DNA of 63,451 nt, filler included, from an uncultured Chlamydiae bacterium (GTDB lineage: Bacteria > Chlamydiota > Chlamydiia > Chlamydiales > SM23-39), in NCBI GenBank assembly GCA_937899275.1. It is 12 parts of 12 records of this genome, joined end to end, with 100 filler letters (N's around TTAATTAATTAA, not from the genome) between each part and the next. Parts side by side here need not be neighbours in the genome. Positions count along the whole stretch, not along the records: positions 47,319 to 52,985 come from CALBPE010000062.1; positions 53,086 to 56,065 come from CALBPE010000065.1; positions 56,166 to 60,046 come from CALBPE010000067.1; positions 60,147 to 61,997 come from CALBPE010000068.1; positions 62,098 to 63,451 come from CALBPE010000069.1; 7 more parts are not named here. The stretch is one strand, 5' to 3'. A program made the translations under genes and the position numbers. Of this stretch, positions 51,251 through 62,212 are shown piece by piece. Numbering within the stretch: position 1 is the stretch's first letter; the number at the start of each line of letters is the position of its first letter. The notes below the pieces were generated by a model. It ran no database searches, was not told the origin of the DNA, and saw nothing but the letters and a program-made list of their open reading frames with translations.

Positions 51251-52985
51251 TTAGTTTAATTCTAAAAACTTTTTTTGGATTTCTTTAATAGATATTAAAG
51301 TGTTTTCTAGTGTGCGTTCGCTTTCTTGTACTACTTTTTGTGGAGCGTTTTCTCGAAAGGAAGGATTGGATAGTTTAAATCGGAGGTTTTCTGCAAGTCG
51401 TAAAAGCTTGTCTTCTTCTTTTTTTAAACGGTTTTTTTCTTTTGCTTGTAGGTGCTCAGGTAAAGGAACGAAAATTTCTACCATCGATAGATGGCAAGAA
51501 GCTCCAAAGGGGCGTTTTTCCGGTATCGATTGTTGGATTTGTTCGATTTTGATGAGAGAAGATAAAAATATGGTATCTTCTTCTGTTAGGATAAAAGAGG
51601 GGTTTTTTATCTCGAGGTGTAGGGTGATTTTTTCTCCTGGAGAGATTTGCATATCGCCGCGGATATTGCGGATAAGGTAGACCATTTCTTGCAGAAGATG
51701 CATTTTTTCTACTGCTTTAGGATCAATCCATTTTAGAGAAATTGCCTTGGGATAAGGGGCAATCATACATGCTTCTTTATCCAAAGAGTCTAAAAGGTCT
51801 TTTGTATAAGGATCTTTTGTAGCAAATTTGAGATGGGAAAAGCGCTTTTTTACCGATTGGAATAACTCTTCTGTAATAAAAGGAATAAAAGGGTGAAGAA
51901 GCCTTAAAAGGTGGATAAATACAATGAGTAAAATCGTTTGTTTGTTGGTTTTTCTAGGGCGCTGCGTTTTAAGATGGGGCTTTACAGATTCTAGGTAGAT
52001 AGAACAAAACGATTTCCAGTAAAATTCTTGTAAAAGAAGAGCTGCTTTTTCAAATGCGTAGGCATCTAAAAAGTCGTGCGTTTTTTGTGTGGTTTTTTCT
52101 AGATGATACAAAAGCCAGTGGTCTTCTGGTGTACATAGCTTCGGGTCGATACCTTGGGATAAAGAGACATCTTCTATACTAGCAAATAAAAAGCGAGCGC
52201 TATTCCAGACCTTATTGATGAAATTTCTCTCTTCTGCAAATACTCTAGGGTCTAAATCGATTTGTCCCGAAGAATTGAGTGAAGAGGCAAGGGCTATTCT
52301 CATGGCGTCTGTGCCGTATTCTGCAATGACCTTAATGGGATCAATCACATTACCTTTGGATTTTGACATCTTTTCCCATTTAGAATAGACGCCTTTAGGT
52401 AGCTTTTTACCTTGATCAAATGCGGTTTTTTCTTTGGCATCTACGTAAATCTGCATGCCGTTTTGTTCACGCCAGTAGGATCTTCCGTAGATGAGCCCAT
52501 GAATAAACACCTCTTTGAAAGGGACTTTTTTCATCAGAAATTTTCCCATCAAAATCATACGGCTGACCCAGAAAAAAAGGATGTCGTGTCCTGTGATAAG
52601 AACGCTTGTAGGATAAAAAGTGTGTAGATCAGAGGTTTTTTCTGGCCAGCCAAGTGTGCTTAGTGGCCAAAGAGCAGAAGAAAACCAGGTATCTAATACG
52701 TCTTGATCGCGTACCCAGTTTTCAGGATCGTTTTGCACCTCTTTAGGAGGATCGTTTGTGTCTGAGCAGATATACGTATCGGGATTCTTTATTGAGTGCC
52801 ATACAGGAATTTGATGGCCCCAGACTAGTTGGCGGGAGATGCACCAGTCGCGGATATTTTCAATCCAACGAAAGTAGCTATTTTCCATTTTTTCAGGGAA
52901 GATGTGGAGCTGTTTTTTTCGAACAGCATCGATTAAGCCCTTTTTAAACGGCTCCATGCGGATAAACCACTGTTTCGATACATAC
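51251..52985 (-). CDS. valS: Valyl-tRNA synthetase, C-terminal part
   Basis: DWCISRQL.WGH, DVLDTWFSS, TGHDILFFW, KMSKSKGN. Confidence 0.96.
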
Positions 52986-53085
52986 NNNNNNNNNNNNNNN
53001 NNNNNNNNNNNNNNNNNNNNNNNNNNNNNTTAATTAATTAANNNNNNNNNNNNNNNNNNNNNNNNNNNNNNNNNNNNNNNNNNNN
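52986..53085. other. Artificial contig linker
   Basis: N44-TTAATTAATTAA-N44. Confidence 0.99.
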
Positions 53086-54786
53086 CATTAATTTACGATC
53101 CATATGAAATAACAATTCATTTTTCTTAAGAAAAAAATCCTTTAGTCTTTGAATGTCTTTTTTCGTGATGCCAGGCAATAGAAGTTCATCAACATCTTCT
53201 TTTAAAAATTTTTGTAACTGGGCGATGGATCCAAAGTGCCTTAAAAGAGAGGCTCTTTTTTTCGGTCCTATTGCGTCTACATCATCTAAAAGAGTCTGTA
53301 TGGTCTGTTTAGAACGTTTTTTCTTATGAAATCCTATGGCTACCCTATGCGCCTCATCTCGAATTTTTTGTAGTAAAAATAAAACAGGCGAGTGCTGGGG
53401 AAGGGTGACCTCTTTTTTAAAAGGAAGGTGGACTTTTTCTCTTGTAAGACCTTTTGTATGTAGTGAGGATTCTTTAGAAAGGCCAATTACATCGATACCT
53501 GCGATATTGGCTTTTTCTAAAACGTTCATAGCGGTAGATAGGTGTCCTTTTCCGCCGTCGATCAAAAGAAGATCGGGAAGCTGTTCTCGGTCTTTACAAA
53601 ATCTTGTTAAAGCTTCAGCTAAAGAGGCGTAATCATCAGGAGCCCCTTTTTGTTCGATCGAATAATACCTTTGTAGAGTCTTTTCTTTTTTCCCATCAAC
53701 AAAAACCACAATAGCTGCAACAGGGTATTGCCCTTGGATATTAGAGCTATCGATGCAGGCGATTTTTTTCGGAAATTTGTTCAAAGAGAGCTTTTCTCGC
53801 ATTTCTAAAAGGGTTTTTTCTCGGATCGCTTTGGCATCCTTATCTTTTTGAAAAAGCGCTTCAGCGTTTTCATAAGCCATTTGTAAAAGAGCCTTTTTAT
53901 CTCCTTTTTTAGGGATCATTAGATGGACTTGTTTTTTTAAGGTGTCGCTCAAAATGTCTTGTAAAATCGTAGATGAAAGAAGAGAAAAAGGTAGAAGAAT
54001 TTCTTTCGGAATTTCTTCTTTTTCGTAATGCTGCAAGAGAAAGGTTTCTAGAATTTCTTCTTTAGAAGAGAGGACTTGATCGAAGGTAAAGGACTCTGAT
54101 CCAATAAGCTTGTGTTCCCTAAATAGGAGTTTGGTAATCACAGCGTAATTTGCTTCTTGAAAAAAACCGATCACATCGCAGTTTTTCGCTGCGCTATTAT
54201 CTACATGCTGCTTGGACAAAATGTGTTCAATCTTTGCCATCATATCGCGAATCGATGCGGCTTTTTCAAAAAGGAGATTTTCTGCAGCCTCTTCCATTTC
54301 TTTTTTTAATGTCGATAAAATCGTCTGATCTTTTCCTAGTAAAAGCCTTCGAACAGATTGAACTAAAGATAGGTAGGTGTCTTTTGAGCAAAGATCTACG
54401 CAGGGAGCCAGACACCTTTTCATTCCATGCAAAAGGCACGGTCTTGTTCTTCTTATAAGCTCTTGATCGGAACACTCTCTTAAAGGAAAAATCCGGTTCA
54501 TGAGATCTAGAACTTCTCTTGCTACCTTTGCATTGGTATAAGGGCCAAATGTATTACGAATGTCTTTCGAGGTTTTTTTGTGCCTCTCCATTTTTAATCT
54601 AGGCCAAGTATGTTTGGTTAAAACAATATTCATGTAGCGCTTATCGTCTTTTAAAAGCGCGTTGTATTTCGGTTTATGTTTTTTGATGAGGGTGCTTTCT
54701 AGTAAAAGAGCGTCTCTTTCTGTAGGAACGACAATGGGATATCTAGAGTGTTTTTTCGGATCATAAAGGTTCATTAGAGTTAGCAT
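53086..54786 (-). CDS. uvrC: Excinuclease ABC subunit C, N-terminal GIY-YIG strands missing
   Basis: ALLLE..LIK.H.P.YN..LKDDK, FGPY, C.APC, PDLLLIDGGKG, RDEAHR, HhH. Confidence 0.93.
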
Positions 54787-54904
54787 TCTGATATATTTTT
54801 ATGCTTAGTAGTTTTTGTTTTGCGTTACTGTTGATTTCTCTTTCTTTATTTTTCTTTTTTTTATAAAATAAAACAGCCAATTAACCATAAAAAGGGATTA
54901 TAAA

Positions 54905-55363
54905 GTGAGTCCTATTATATATAATCGATATAATGAACAATTTGATCGTTTTTTTGAAGAAATGCGCGCTGTAAAACCTGCGGATAAAAAATCTAATCTT
55001 GGAAAAGTAGTTAATGAGTTTCAAGAGAATATTATTACTCCAAATGAGGAAGGATTTGGGGTTTTTTTACGAACAATGTGCACTTTAAAATCTAAGGATG
55101 AAATTCTTAATCTTAAAAAAGTAGTCAGTGACTTTCAAGAGCTTATTGAAAAAAGAGCACTTGACTATAGCGCAAAACTAGCTTCTAAAAAAGGGATCGG
55201 TTGCTCTACTCTCAGTAAATATAGAGAGCGGGTAGATGCTTTAAAGGAATTTGCGACAATTTTGGATTCAACACCGAATATTCATGAAAAAAAGATCGAT
55301 GCTTTATTCAACAAAACGATAGCTTTATTCAACAAAACGATAGCTTTGTTAGAAGAAATTTAG
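54905..55363 (+). CDS. Hypothetical helical protein
   Basis: 152-aa ORF convergent with mutS. Confidence 0.55.
   Translation: MSPIIYNRYNEQFDRFFEEMRAVKPADKKSNLGKVVNEFQENIITPNEEGFGVFLRTMCTLKSKDEILNLKKVVSDFQELIEKRALDYSAKLASKKGIGCSTLSKYRERVDALKEFATILDSTPNIHEKKIDALFNKTIALFNKTIALLEEI
55301..55347. repeat. 21-bp tandem repeat (2 copies + partial)
   Basis: GCTTTATTCAACAAAACGATA x2 then GCTTT. Confidence 0.9.
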
Positions 55364-56065
55364 TCCATATTGATGGCGGCTAGTTCCTCTATCCAAGCGA
55401 CTTCTTGTTTATGGAAAAGCTCCATTTGCAAAGAAGTTTCCTCTTTTTCTGGGCTAGGTTTTTCTAGCTCTTTTAAAAGGTTTTTTGCTTTTTCTAAGCA
55501 AAATCGAGGCATGCCTGCAAGTTTTGCTACATGGATGGCGTAACTTTTCGGCGCTTTTCCTGGAAGGATTTTATGGAGAAAAACAATTCCATAGATATCT
55601 TCTTTTACAGAAACCTGAAAGTTTCTGACTAAAGAAAATTTTTCTTCCATTTCTGTTAGTTCTCGGTAGTGGGTCGCAAATAGGGTTTTTGCGGGAATTT
55701 TTTTGATCAAATATTCGGCAACAGACCACGCAATAGATATCACATCGTAGGTGCTAGTCCCTCTTCCAATTTCGTCTAAAATGACTAAAGAGTTTTCTGT
55801 TACATTTTGTAAAATTGCTGCGGTCTCTTTCATCTCTACCATGAAAGTAGACTCTCCGCTTGCGATGTCATCGGATGCGCCGATTCGAGAAAAAATTTGA
55901 TCGACTGGTTTTAGTCTCATCGATTTCGCCGGTACAAAGCTGCCGATTTGTGCTAAGACAACAAGAAGAGCACACTGTCGGATATAAGTCGATTTTCCTG
56001 CCATATTAGGGCCTGTAATGACAATTACTTGCTGCGCCGCTGGGTGGCCACCGATTGCAATGGCG
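55360..56065 (-). CDS. mutS: DNA mismatch repair MutS, C-terminal ATPase part
   Basis: [40 protein letters not shown]. Confidence 0.95.
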
Positions 56066-56165
56066 NNNNNNNNNNNNNNNNNNNNNNNNNNNNNNNNNNN
56101 NNNNNNNNNTTAATTAATTAANNNNNNNNNNNNNNNNNNNNNNNNNNNNNNNNNNNNNNNNNNNN
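56066..56165. other. Artificial contig linker
   Basis: N44-TTAATTAATTAA-N44. Confidence 0.99.
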
Positions 56166-56209
56166 GTTTTGTGCTAGATGGAAGTAACAGCGCTGCCAAG
56201 CAGTTCCTG

Positions 56210-56700
56210 GCAGGACGGCTCCTAAACTTTTCCAATTCTTCATCTAGCAACTTACTAACTCTAGATACCTGTGTTGAGCTGATTTCTAGTCCACAGAGCT
56301 CTTCTGTAATCCGCTTAACGCGCCTTGTAGAAACGCCATTAACATACATTTCTGCAATGGCAAGTCTTAATGCTCGTTCTGATCTAGTGCCCTTGTCTAA
56401 ACATTTGGGATAAAAAGGAATATTTCTTGTCTTAGGAACGTGTAATTGTAATTTTCCCATACGGGTTTGCAGCATTTTATTCTTGAATCCATTAGCATAG
56501 CCTTTTCGCTCATCGGTTCTCTGGTAAGGATGCGCCTGCAGCGCTTCTCCCTGTTCAATGAGTGATGCATAATTTTGGTTTGAGGTCATGTTTTCTCCTT
56601 AGTTGTTTGGAAAGTTAAGAGAATCGGACCTCAAACCTTTTTTTTCAATAACTGAGAAGTTCTCCGTATATCGAATTTACAGACTTATTGTTACACTACC
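56210..56700 (-). mobile_element. IS256-family element: left end + N-terminal transposase fragment
   Basis: End GGTAGTGTAACAATAAGTCTGTAAATT; NGF...TRMG.L.L.VPK.R, EMYVNGVSTRRV, IS.TQVSR. Confidence 0.88.
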
Positions 56701-56863
56701 AGGGAACTTTTTCTGCTATTTTAGCGGATATTTTTCCATCACCACATCCGACATCAAGCACTAATTCAGATCCGTTAATAGTAAATTTATTTAATAACTC
56801 GCATGCCGCATTGTATTGAATAACTGAGTTATTATGATATCCATCAGGATCCCAAATATGCAT
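56701..56863 (-). pseudogene. Class I SAM methyltransferase (Tam-like) N-terminus interrupted by IS256
   Basis: MHIWDPDGYHNNSVIQY...VLDVGCGDGKISAKIAEKVP stops at the IS end. Confidence 0.75.
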
Positions 56864-57126
56864 ATCTATCCTCTTTGTGAAAAAATTGGAGATTATCTTT
56901 TATGTGTTTACTTGAATTAATATTGTCCAGTTGATGTAAAAATATATCTATTGCTCAAATGCCCCGATTAACAGGATATACTTATCGAAAAAATCAGTAG
57001 ATCAGTTAATAATTTTTTTAGTGTTCATGGAAAAAGTTTTTACGTGTGAAGCTAAATTACAATGTATGAAATACTGATTAATATAAGAAAAATATTACAA
57101 ACAATAGGATTTTAATCATATATAAT

Positions 57127-57450
57127 TGGATGCTCCCCATTTAAAGTGAAACGCCTTATCTGACTCTAAGGCAATAGGAGAAAGACTAGGTTTATGACTA
57201 AATCCAACCATATTGAGGTAATCACCTCAATAGAAAGACTTAGACGATGAAGCTCTGGAGACAAATATAGCGCGCAAATATTATATAAGTCCTAGCTAAC
57301 TATTTACATAAAGAAGACTCATCGAAGAGGGCAGCTTGCTCGAAGAAAAGCGGTACTCAATGAGAGCCATTGCCAAGGCTCTACACGTCTTTCGAGCTGG
57401 GCTTTCTAAGCAAAAAAACTCATGCTGGGAAAGTAGCAGCAATCACAAGC
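57127..57450 (+). mobile_element. IS2-like left end + decayed orfA/orfB start (end approximate)
   Basis: TGGATGCTCCCCATTTAAAGTG; MTKSNHIEVITSIERLRR*; MRAIAKALHV.R. Confidence 0.6.
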
Positions 57451-57947
57451 AACACCTGCGGATGCTCAGACAGGTTTACCGTGCAATGCCTTTTGTAAAT
57501 CAGGCGTACTCATCAAAGAGTGACATGCTATTACAAAATCGTACTGCTCTTTGTCATGAAAGAAATTTTAAGGATAGAGTCTTTTGCTTACAGCAAAAAC
57601 GTATTTGAATATTCAGTATTCTGGCTAAAGATACAATATGTAGTGTGAGAGGCTGTTAAACAAGAAGTAGGTTGTTAGCCATATTGATTTTCAAAAGGGT
57701 GGGTGGTTTTTTCGTTTAAGAGCTTTTTTAGTTCCAAGAGCTTTTTTTGCAGATTTTTTGCTTGCATACTAGGCTCTGTTTCTTGTTGGTAAGCTGTTTT
57801 TTCTATAGGGTCTTTTTCCATACCTATCCTTCCAAATAACTCGAGAAAGTATATAGCATATTTTTGAATTACCAAGTAAATAGGATTGATAAGAGAAAGT
57901 GTTTTTTCTAGATAGGAGATGTTTTAGTCAGGGTCGTGGAGTGCTGA

Positions 57948-58547
57948 TTACGGCTCTTGAACAGTGAGCAGCATAACGTAAAAACTCATGACTGTTGCGA
58001 GCTTTACAACAATCGGGGGCACTTCCATATCATCTGATATATTGCAAAATTTTTTCCTTAGAGTATCTATACGTTTTTTTAGCTGATCGAGTGAGGAAAG
58101 GGTAGGAGTTTCTTTTTTTTCCGTAGTGGGATAGGTGTTTGTTAAGTGGGTAATCACTCCTTTTGTAAACGGATCGATTGTTGTAGATCCCCATGGACTA
58201 CACTTGTAGTGGCATACGCGCTGATGAGCGTTTATACAAAAGGCTCCGCTCATGGGATTCGTAAAACCTTTATGGCATGTAGGGCAGGTAACGGTTTTGT
58301 TTTTGAGGGCGCACATGCTCGCTTTTGTAGGTAGATACACTACAGATGCAACTTTTTTTCGGTTTAAAGGGCAGATAAGTGGTACTTTCCGATCCGTAAG
58401 GTTTGTATAATACTTATTCAAGCATTGAAAATGAAACAGATGTCCGCATGGATCACTGACCGTTGTGTTTACATGTAATTTCGTTAGGCAGATTGAGCAA
58501 TCGCCTAATGTTGCATTCGGTTTTGCATTACAAGGAGTGATTGTCAT
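57948..58547 (-). CDS. RING-H2-like zinc-finger protein (candidate E3-ligase effector)
   Basis: CSIC...PCGHLFHFQC...CPL; second degenerate Cys/His cluster; hydrophobic C-terminus. Confidence 0.78.
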   Translation of the reverse strand: MTITPCNAKPNATLGDCSICLTKLHVNTTVSDPCGHLFHFQCLNKYYTNLTDRKVPLICPLNRKKVASVVYLPTKASMCALKNKTVTCPTCHKGFTNPMSGAFCINAHQRVCHYKCSPWGSTTIDPFTKGVITHLTNTYPTTEKKETPTLSSLDQLKKRIDTLRKKFCNISDDMEVPPIVVKLATVMSFYVMLLTVQEP

Positions 58548-58653
58548 ATGTCTCCTAACATATTTTGAGGTGGCCTATAGACGTAAGATATGCTGAAAAA
58601 AGAGAGCTATTGTGATTTTATATACGAGATAAGAGCGCTCTTGCCAGATATTT

Positions 58654-58926
58654 TTATCTGAAATACACAAGACCGCTTGCAATAGTAGCTACAGCCAATA
58701 CAGATATTAGTGTTATCTTACCATATCGTAATACGGTGTCTTCAGCGTATTGGGCGCCTACGGCGTCGCCAAGTTCCTGCAAAAGAGAGCCTGCAGGCAT
58801 GTCAGGTATGTCAGGTATGTATTGATATTGTCTGTTATTATGACCCGCATTAGGACGATGGAAAGGCCCGTTGCCGAAGGGAGATTGGTTTGTAGTCAAA
58901 GAGCTCTTTGGAAAAAATATAGACAT
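58654..58926 (-). CDS. Small tail-anchored hypothetical protein
   Basis: GAGG RBS; C-terminal TM ITLISVLAVATIASGLVYFR. Confidence 0.55.
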   Translation of the reverse strand: MSIFFPKSSLTTNQSPFGNGPFHRPNAGHNNRQYQYIPDIPDMPAGSLLQELGDAVGAQYAEDTVLRYGKITLISVLAVATIASGLVYFR

Positions 58927-59046
58927 AGTACCTCAAAATATTTTTAAGAACCTTACTTGTGGTTTGATTTTTTTTAAAGATATTTCTCGTAAGTTGCATC
59001 TATATTGCTTGTTTTTAATCTAAATGGGTTTTTATTACCCCAAGGA

Positions 59047-59808
59047 TTAGATGAATAGATTGCCCGATGTATAGCGGCGAAGACCCCGGTAAAATACGAA
59101 AAATGAGATGGATACAAATAAAGCGCTTGCACCAAGTAGGCAAAACCCTAGAGTCCAGGAGTAGGTTTTGACAAGTTGTACGGGAAGGTAACCAATAACC
59201 CCTGCAGGTAGAATAGTGAACATGCATACCTGCATAAGACCGCTATAGATGTTTACTGGATAGTGGACAAAAAGAAACACCGAGTCGACATACCTTTTCG
59301 ATACTTCTCCTATGTTGCCAAACCAGAAACAAAGGCTATGCGCTATAGTAGAAGTAGCTGTAAAAATAAGAGAAGTGCATACAATACCTAACAGGATAAG
59401 AGGCAGCTGCAAAGGGTGTATTTCTGCAAAAGCGCAAAGAAGAATCGAAGAGAGTAGGTGGCTCCAGCCTTTGGATTGGGACTTAGATCCAAGAAGGTGA
59501 AATAGGGGACTTTTTGGCTGGGTCATGTAACGGTCTAAACCGCCTGTAATAATCGCGTCTGCAAGGAGTTTGGTTCCACCAAAACAGATCCTAGAAAGTC
59601 CATAGCCACCTCGAACAATTGCCATCATGATTAGAAGATCTTGAAAATTCCAGGAGCCTACAAGGGGAAATCTCTGAAAAAAGATCCACCACATGAAGAA
59701 AAAAATCGCGTTATTGCCGATATTTAGGATGAGCTCAATGAAAAAAGCCCACTTTAGGCTCAATGAATTGCGGATACTTGTTTTAAGAAGGCATAGAAAA
59801 AATCTCAT
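59047..59808 (-). CDS. ABC-2 family permease (DUF990-like)
   Basis: I..G.LD.Y..QP, FWF, YP..IY, FTILPA....PV. Confidence 0.8.
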   Translation of the reverse strand: MRFFLCLLKTSIRNSLSLKWAFFIELILNIGNNAIFFFMWWIFFQRFPLVGSWNFQDLLIMMAIVRGGYGLSRICFGGTKLLADAIITGGLDRYMTQPKSPLFHLLGSKSQSKGWSHLLSSILLCAFAEIHPLQLPLILLGIVCTSLIFTATSTIAHSLCFWFGNIGEVSKRYVDSVFLFVHYPVNIYSGLMQVCMFTILPAGVIGYLPVQLVKTYSWTLGFCLLGASALFVSISFFVFYRGLRRYTSGNLFI

Positions 59809-59810
59809 GG

Positions 59811-60046
59811 TTAGCCTCCACCAATCGATAGGATTTTTAACCCTCTGCGGTATAAAAAAGTAGCGGCGCATCCCGCAAGAAAAATCCATAGAAAAAGCTT
59901 GCCTAAAAGCCATAAAGCGCCGTCTGCATTAGATTGTAATGCAAGGGCGCTTCTTTCTCCTAAGATTGCAGCAAAAGGTGTATAGGAAACCATTTTTTGT
60001 AAATACGACGGATAGGCGCTTAAAGGTAGTAAAAGGCCGCCAAAGG
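59811..60046 (-). CDS. ABC-2 family permease, C-terminal part
   Basis: GGLLLPL..YP...Q....TPF...LG; ends SIGGG. Confidence 0.75.
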
Positions 60047-60146
60047 NNNNNNNNNNNNNNNNNNNNNNNNNNNNNNNNNNNNNNNNNNNNTTAATTAATT
60101 AANNNNNNNNNNNNNNNNNNNNNNNNNNNNNNNNNNNNNNNNNNNN
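60047..60146. other. Artificial contig linker
   Basis: N44-TTAATTAATTAA-N44. Confidence 0.99.
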
Positions 60147-61457
60147 CCCTCCCTTTGCAAAAAACTGGTACAAAGCAAAAAGCCTAGAGTCTGTGGGCTG
60201 AGCGATCTCTTTTTCTATTTGTAGATTTTTTTTAGGAGAATCTTCTATCCCGCAGCTCTGAATATTGAGCATCCGAATTGCTTTTTGTAAGGCTTCTAAA
60301 AAAGATCTTCCGATTCCCATTACTTCACCTACACTTTTCATCTCTGATCCGATGAGTCTTTCAGCAAAGGGGAGTTTTTTGGTGTCCCACCTAGGGAGTT
60401 TGATGGCAATGTAATCGAGCGCAGGCTCAAAAAATGCGGTGGGGCGTTTAGTAATCGTATTCTGGATTTCGTTTAGGAGATAGCCTAAAGCGAGTTCTGC
60501 AGCAACAAAAGCTAGGGGATAGCCGGTAGCTTTTGAAGCAAGAGCGCTCGATCTAGAAAGCCTTGGGTTCATTTCAATCACCCGGTAGTCTAGCTCGTTC
60601 GGATCTAAAGCAAATTGTACGTTGCACTCTCCTAATATGCCAAAATGTCTAGCAATCTTTATCGATATGTCGCGTAAAAGGTGATACTCTTCATTATTCA
60701 AAGTTTGCGATGGGGCAACAACGATGCTTTCTCCTGTATGGATCCCCATCGGATCAAAGTTTTCCATATTGCAAATACAAAGAGCTTGATCGTTGCCATC
60801 TCGAATGACTTCATATTCTACTTCTTTAAATCCAAATAGATATTCTTCAATGAGTACATGGGGAGAGCCAGATAAAGCGATAGCTGCCTTTTTTTTAAGC
60901 TCTTCTTTGCTCCCTACTTTTCCAGATCCCAAGCCTCCAAGAGAAAATCCCGACCTCATCATAACGGGATAACCGATTTTTTCTGCGTGCATCAAAGCAA
61001 GCTCTACATTGTTTGCAGAAAAGCTTTTTGGCGTTTTTATTCCAATGTTTTCTAAGCTTTTTTTGAAAAGATCTCGATCTTCTGATTCTCTAATCGCTTT
61101 TGTATCGGTCCCTAAAACTTGGATATGGAGTTCTTGAAAAATTCCTAAATCTTCCAAGGCTAAACCAAGATTCAAAGCGGTTTGACCGCCAAAAGCAAGC
61201 AAGATGCCATCAGGCTTTTCCTTCTGTAAGATCTTTGTTAACGTGTCTATATTTAGAGGCTCTAAATAGACAGTGTCTGCCATTTTTTCATCGGTTTGCA
61301 CCGTGGCAATATTAGGATTTACTAAAACCGTTTGTATCCCTTCTTCTTTTAAGGCTTTAATAGCTTGCGATCCTGAGTAGTCAAATTCGCCCGCTTGACC
61401 TATTCGAAGCCCACCTGAGCCCATAATTAAGACTTTTTTTCCGGAAAATTTTTTCAT
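60147..61457 (-). CDS. carB: Carbamoyl-phosphate synthase large subunit, N-terminal part
   Basis: IGQAGEFDYSGSQA, NPNIAT, GGQTALN, MEN.DP.GIHTGES, NPRLSRSSALASKATGYP. Confidence 0.96.
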
Positions 61458-61997
61458 AGCATTTCGTGAAATCGTTCAAAAAGGTATCTAGCATCATTTG
61501 GTCCAGGGCAGCTTTCTGGATGAAACTGTACCGCAAAAAAAGGTTTTTTCTTATGAGAAATCCCTTCCACAGAACCATCATTTACATTCGTAAAACTGAC
61601 TTTCCAATCGGAAGATAGAGTCGATGGATCAATGGCAAAGCCGTGATTTTGCGAAGTCAAAATGCACCTGTTTTTTTCAACATCTAAGCAAGGTTGATTT
61701 TGGCTTCGGTGCCCAAAGGGTAGCTTGTAAGTTTTTGCGCCAGAGGCAATAGCTAAGAGTTGCGATCCTAAGCAAATCCCAAAGATTGGCTTATCTAGTA
61801 AAAGGGCTTTTCTTAGTATCGATAGGGTTTTTTCTGCATCTTCGGGGTTGCCAGGTCCGTTGGATAAAAAAAGCCCATGGTAAGGCTCTTTGGTATAGTC
61901 ATAATCAAAAGGGACAACGCGCACATGAAACCCCATTTTTACTAAAGATCGAAGGATGTTTTTTTTTATGCCACAGTCAACTGCGATGAGGGTTTTT
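61454..61997 (-). CDS. carA: Carbamoyl-phosphate synthase small subunit, C-terminal part
   Basis: VDCGIK.NI, SNGPG.P, GICLG.Q, QNHGFA, QFHPE. Confidence 0.95.
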
Positions 61998-62097
61998 NNN
62001 NNNNNNNNNNNNNNNNNNNNNNNNNNNNNNNNNNNNNNNNNTTAATTAATTAANNNNNNNNNNNNNNNNNNNNNNNNNNNNNNNNNNNNNNNNNNNN
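61998..62097. other. Artificial contig linker
   Basis: N44-TTAATTAATTAA-N44. Confidence 0.99.
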
Positions 62098-62212
62098 ATT
62101 TCTCCTCTTTATATCATAGCTTGAAATTCTTTGACAAAGCTCTTCATGAACCTTGCCTCAGAAAACTCTTATCTATCACCTGAAAAAAAAATTCAAGCAG
62201 CTTAAACAACAA

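Noticed and set aside
57336..57875. ORFs 57336-57608 and 57675-57875 as genuine genes
   Set aside because: The first is largely decayed IS sequence; the second is short with no support
4037..62097. Recurring TTAATTAATTAA as a biological repeat; ORFs ending in X...LIN
   Set aside because: Identical N-flanked six-frame-stop linker added during contig concatenation
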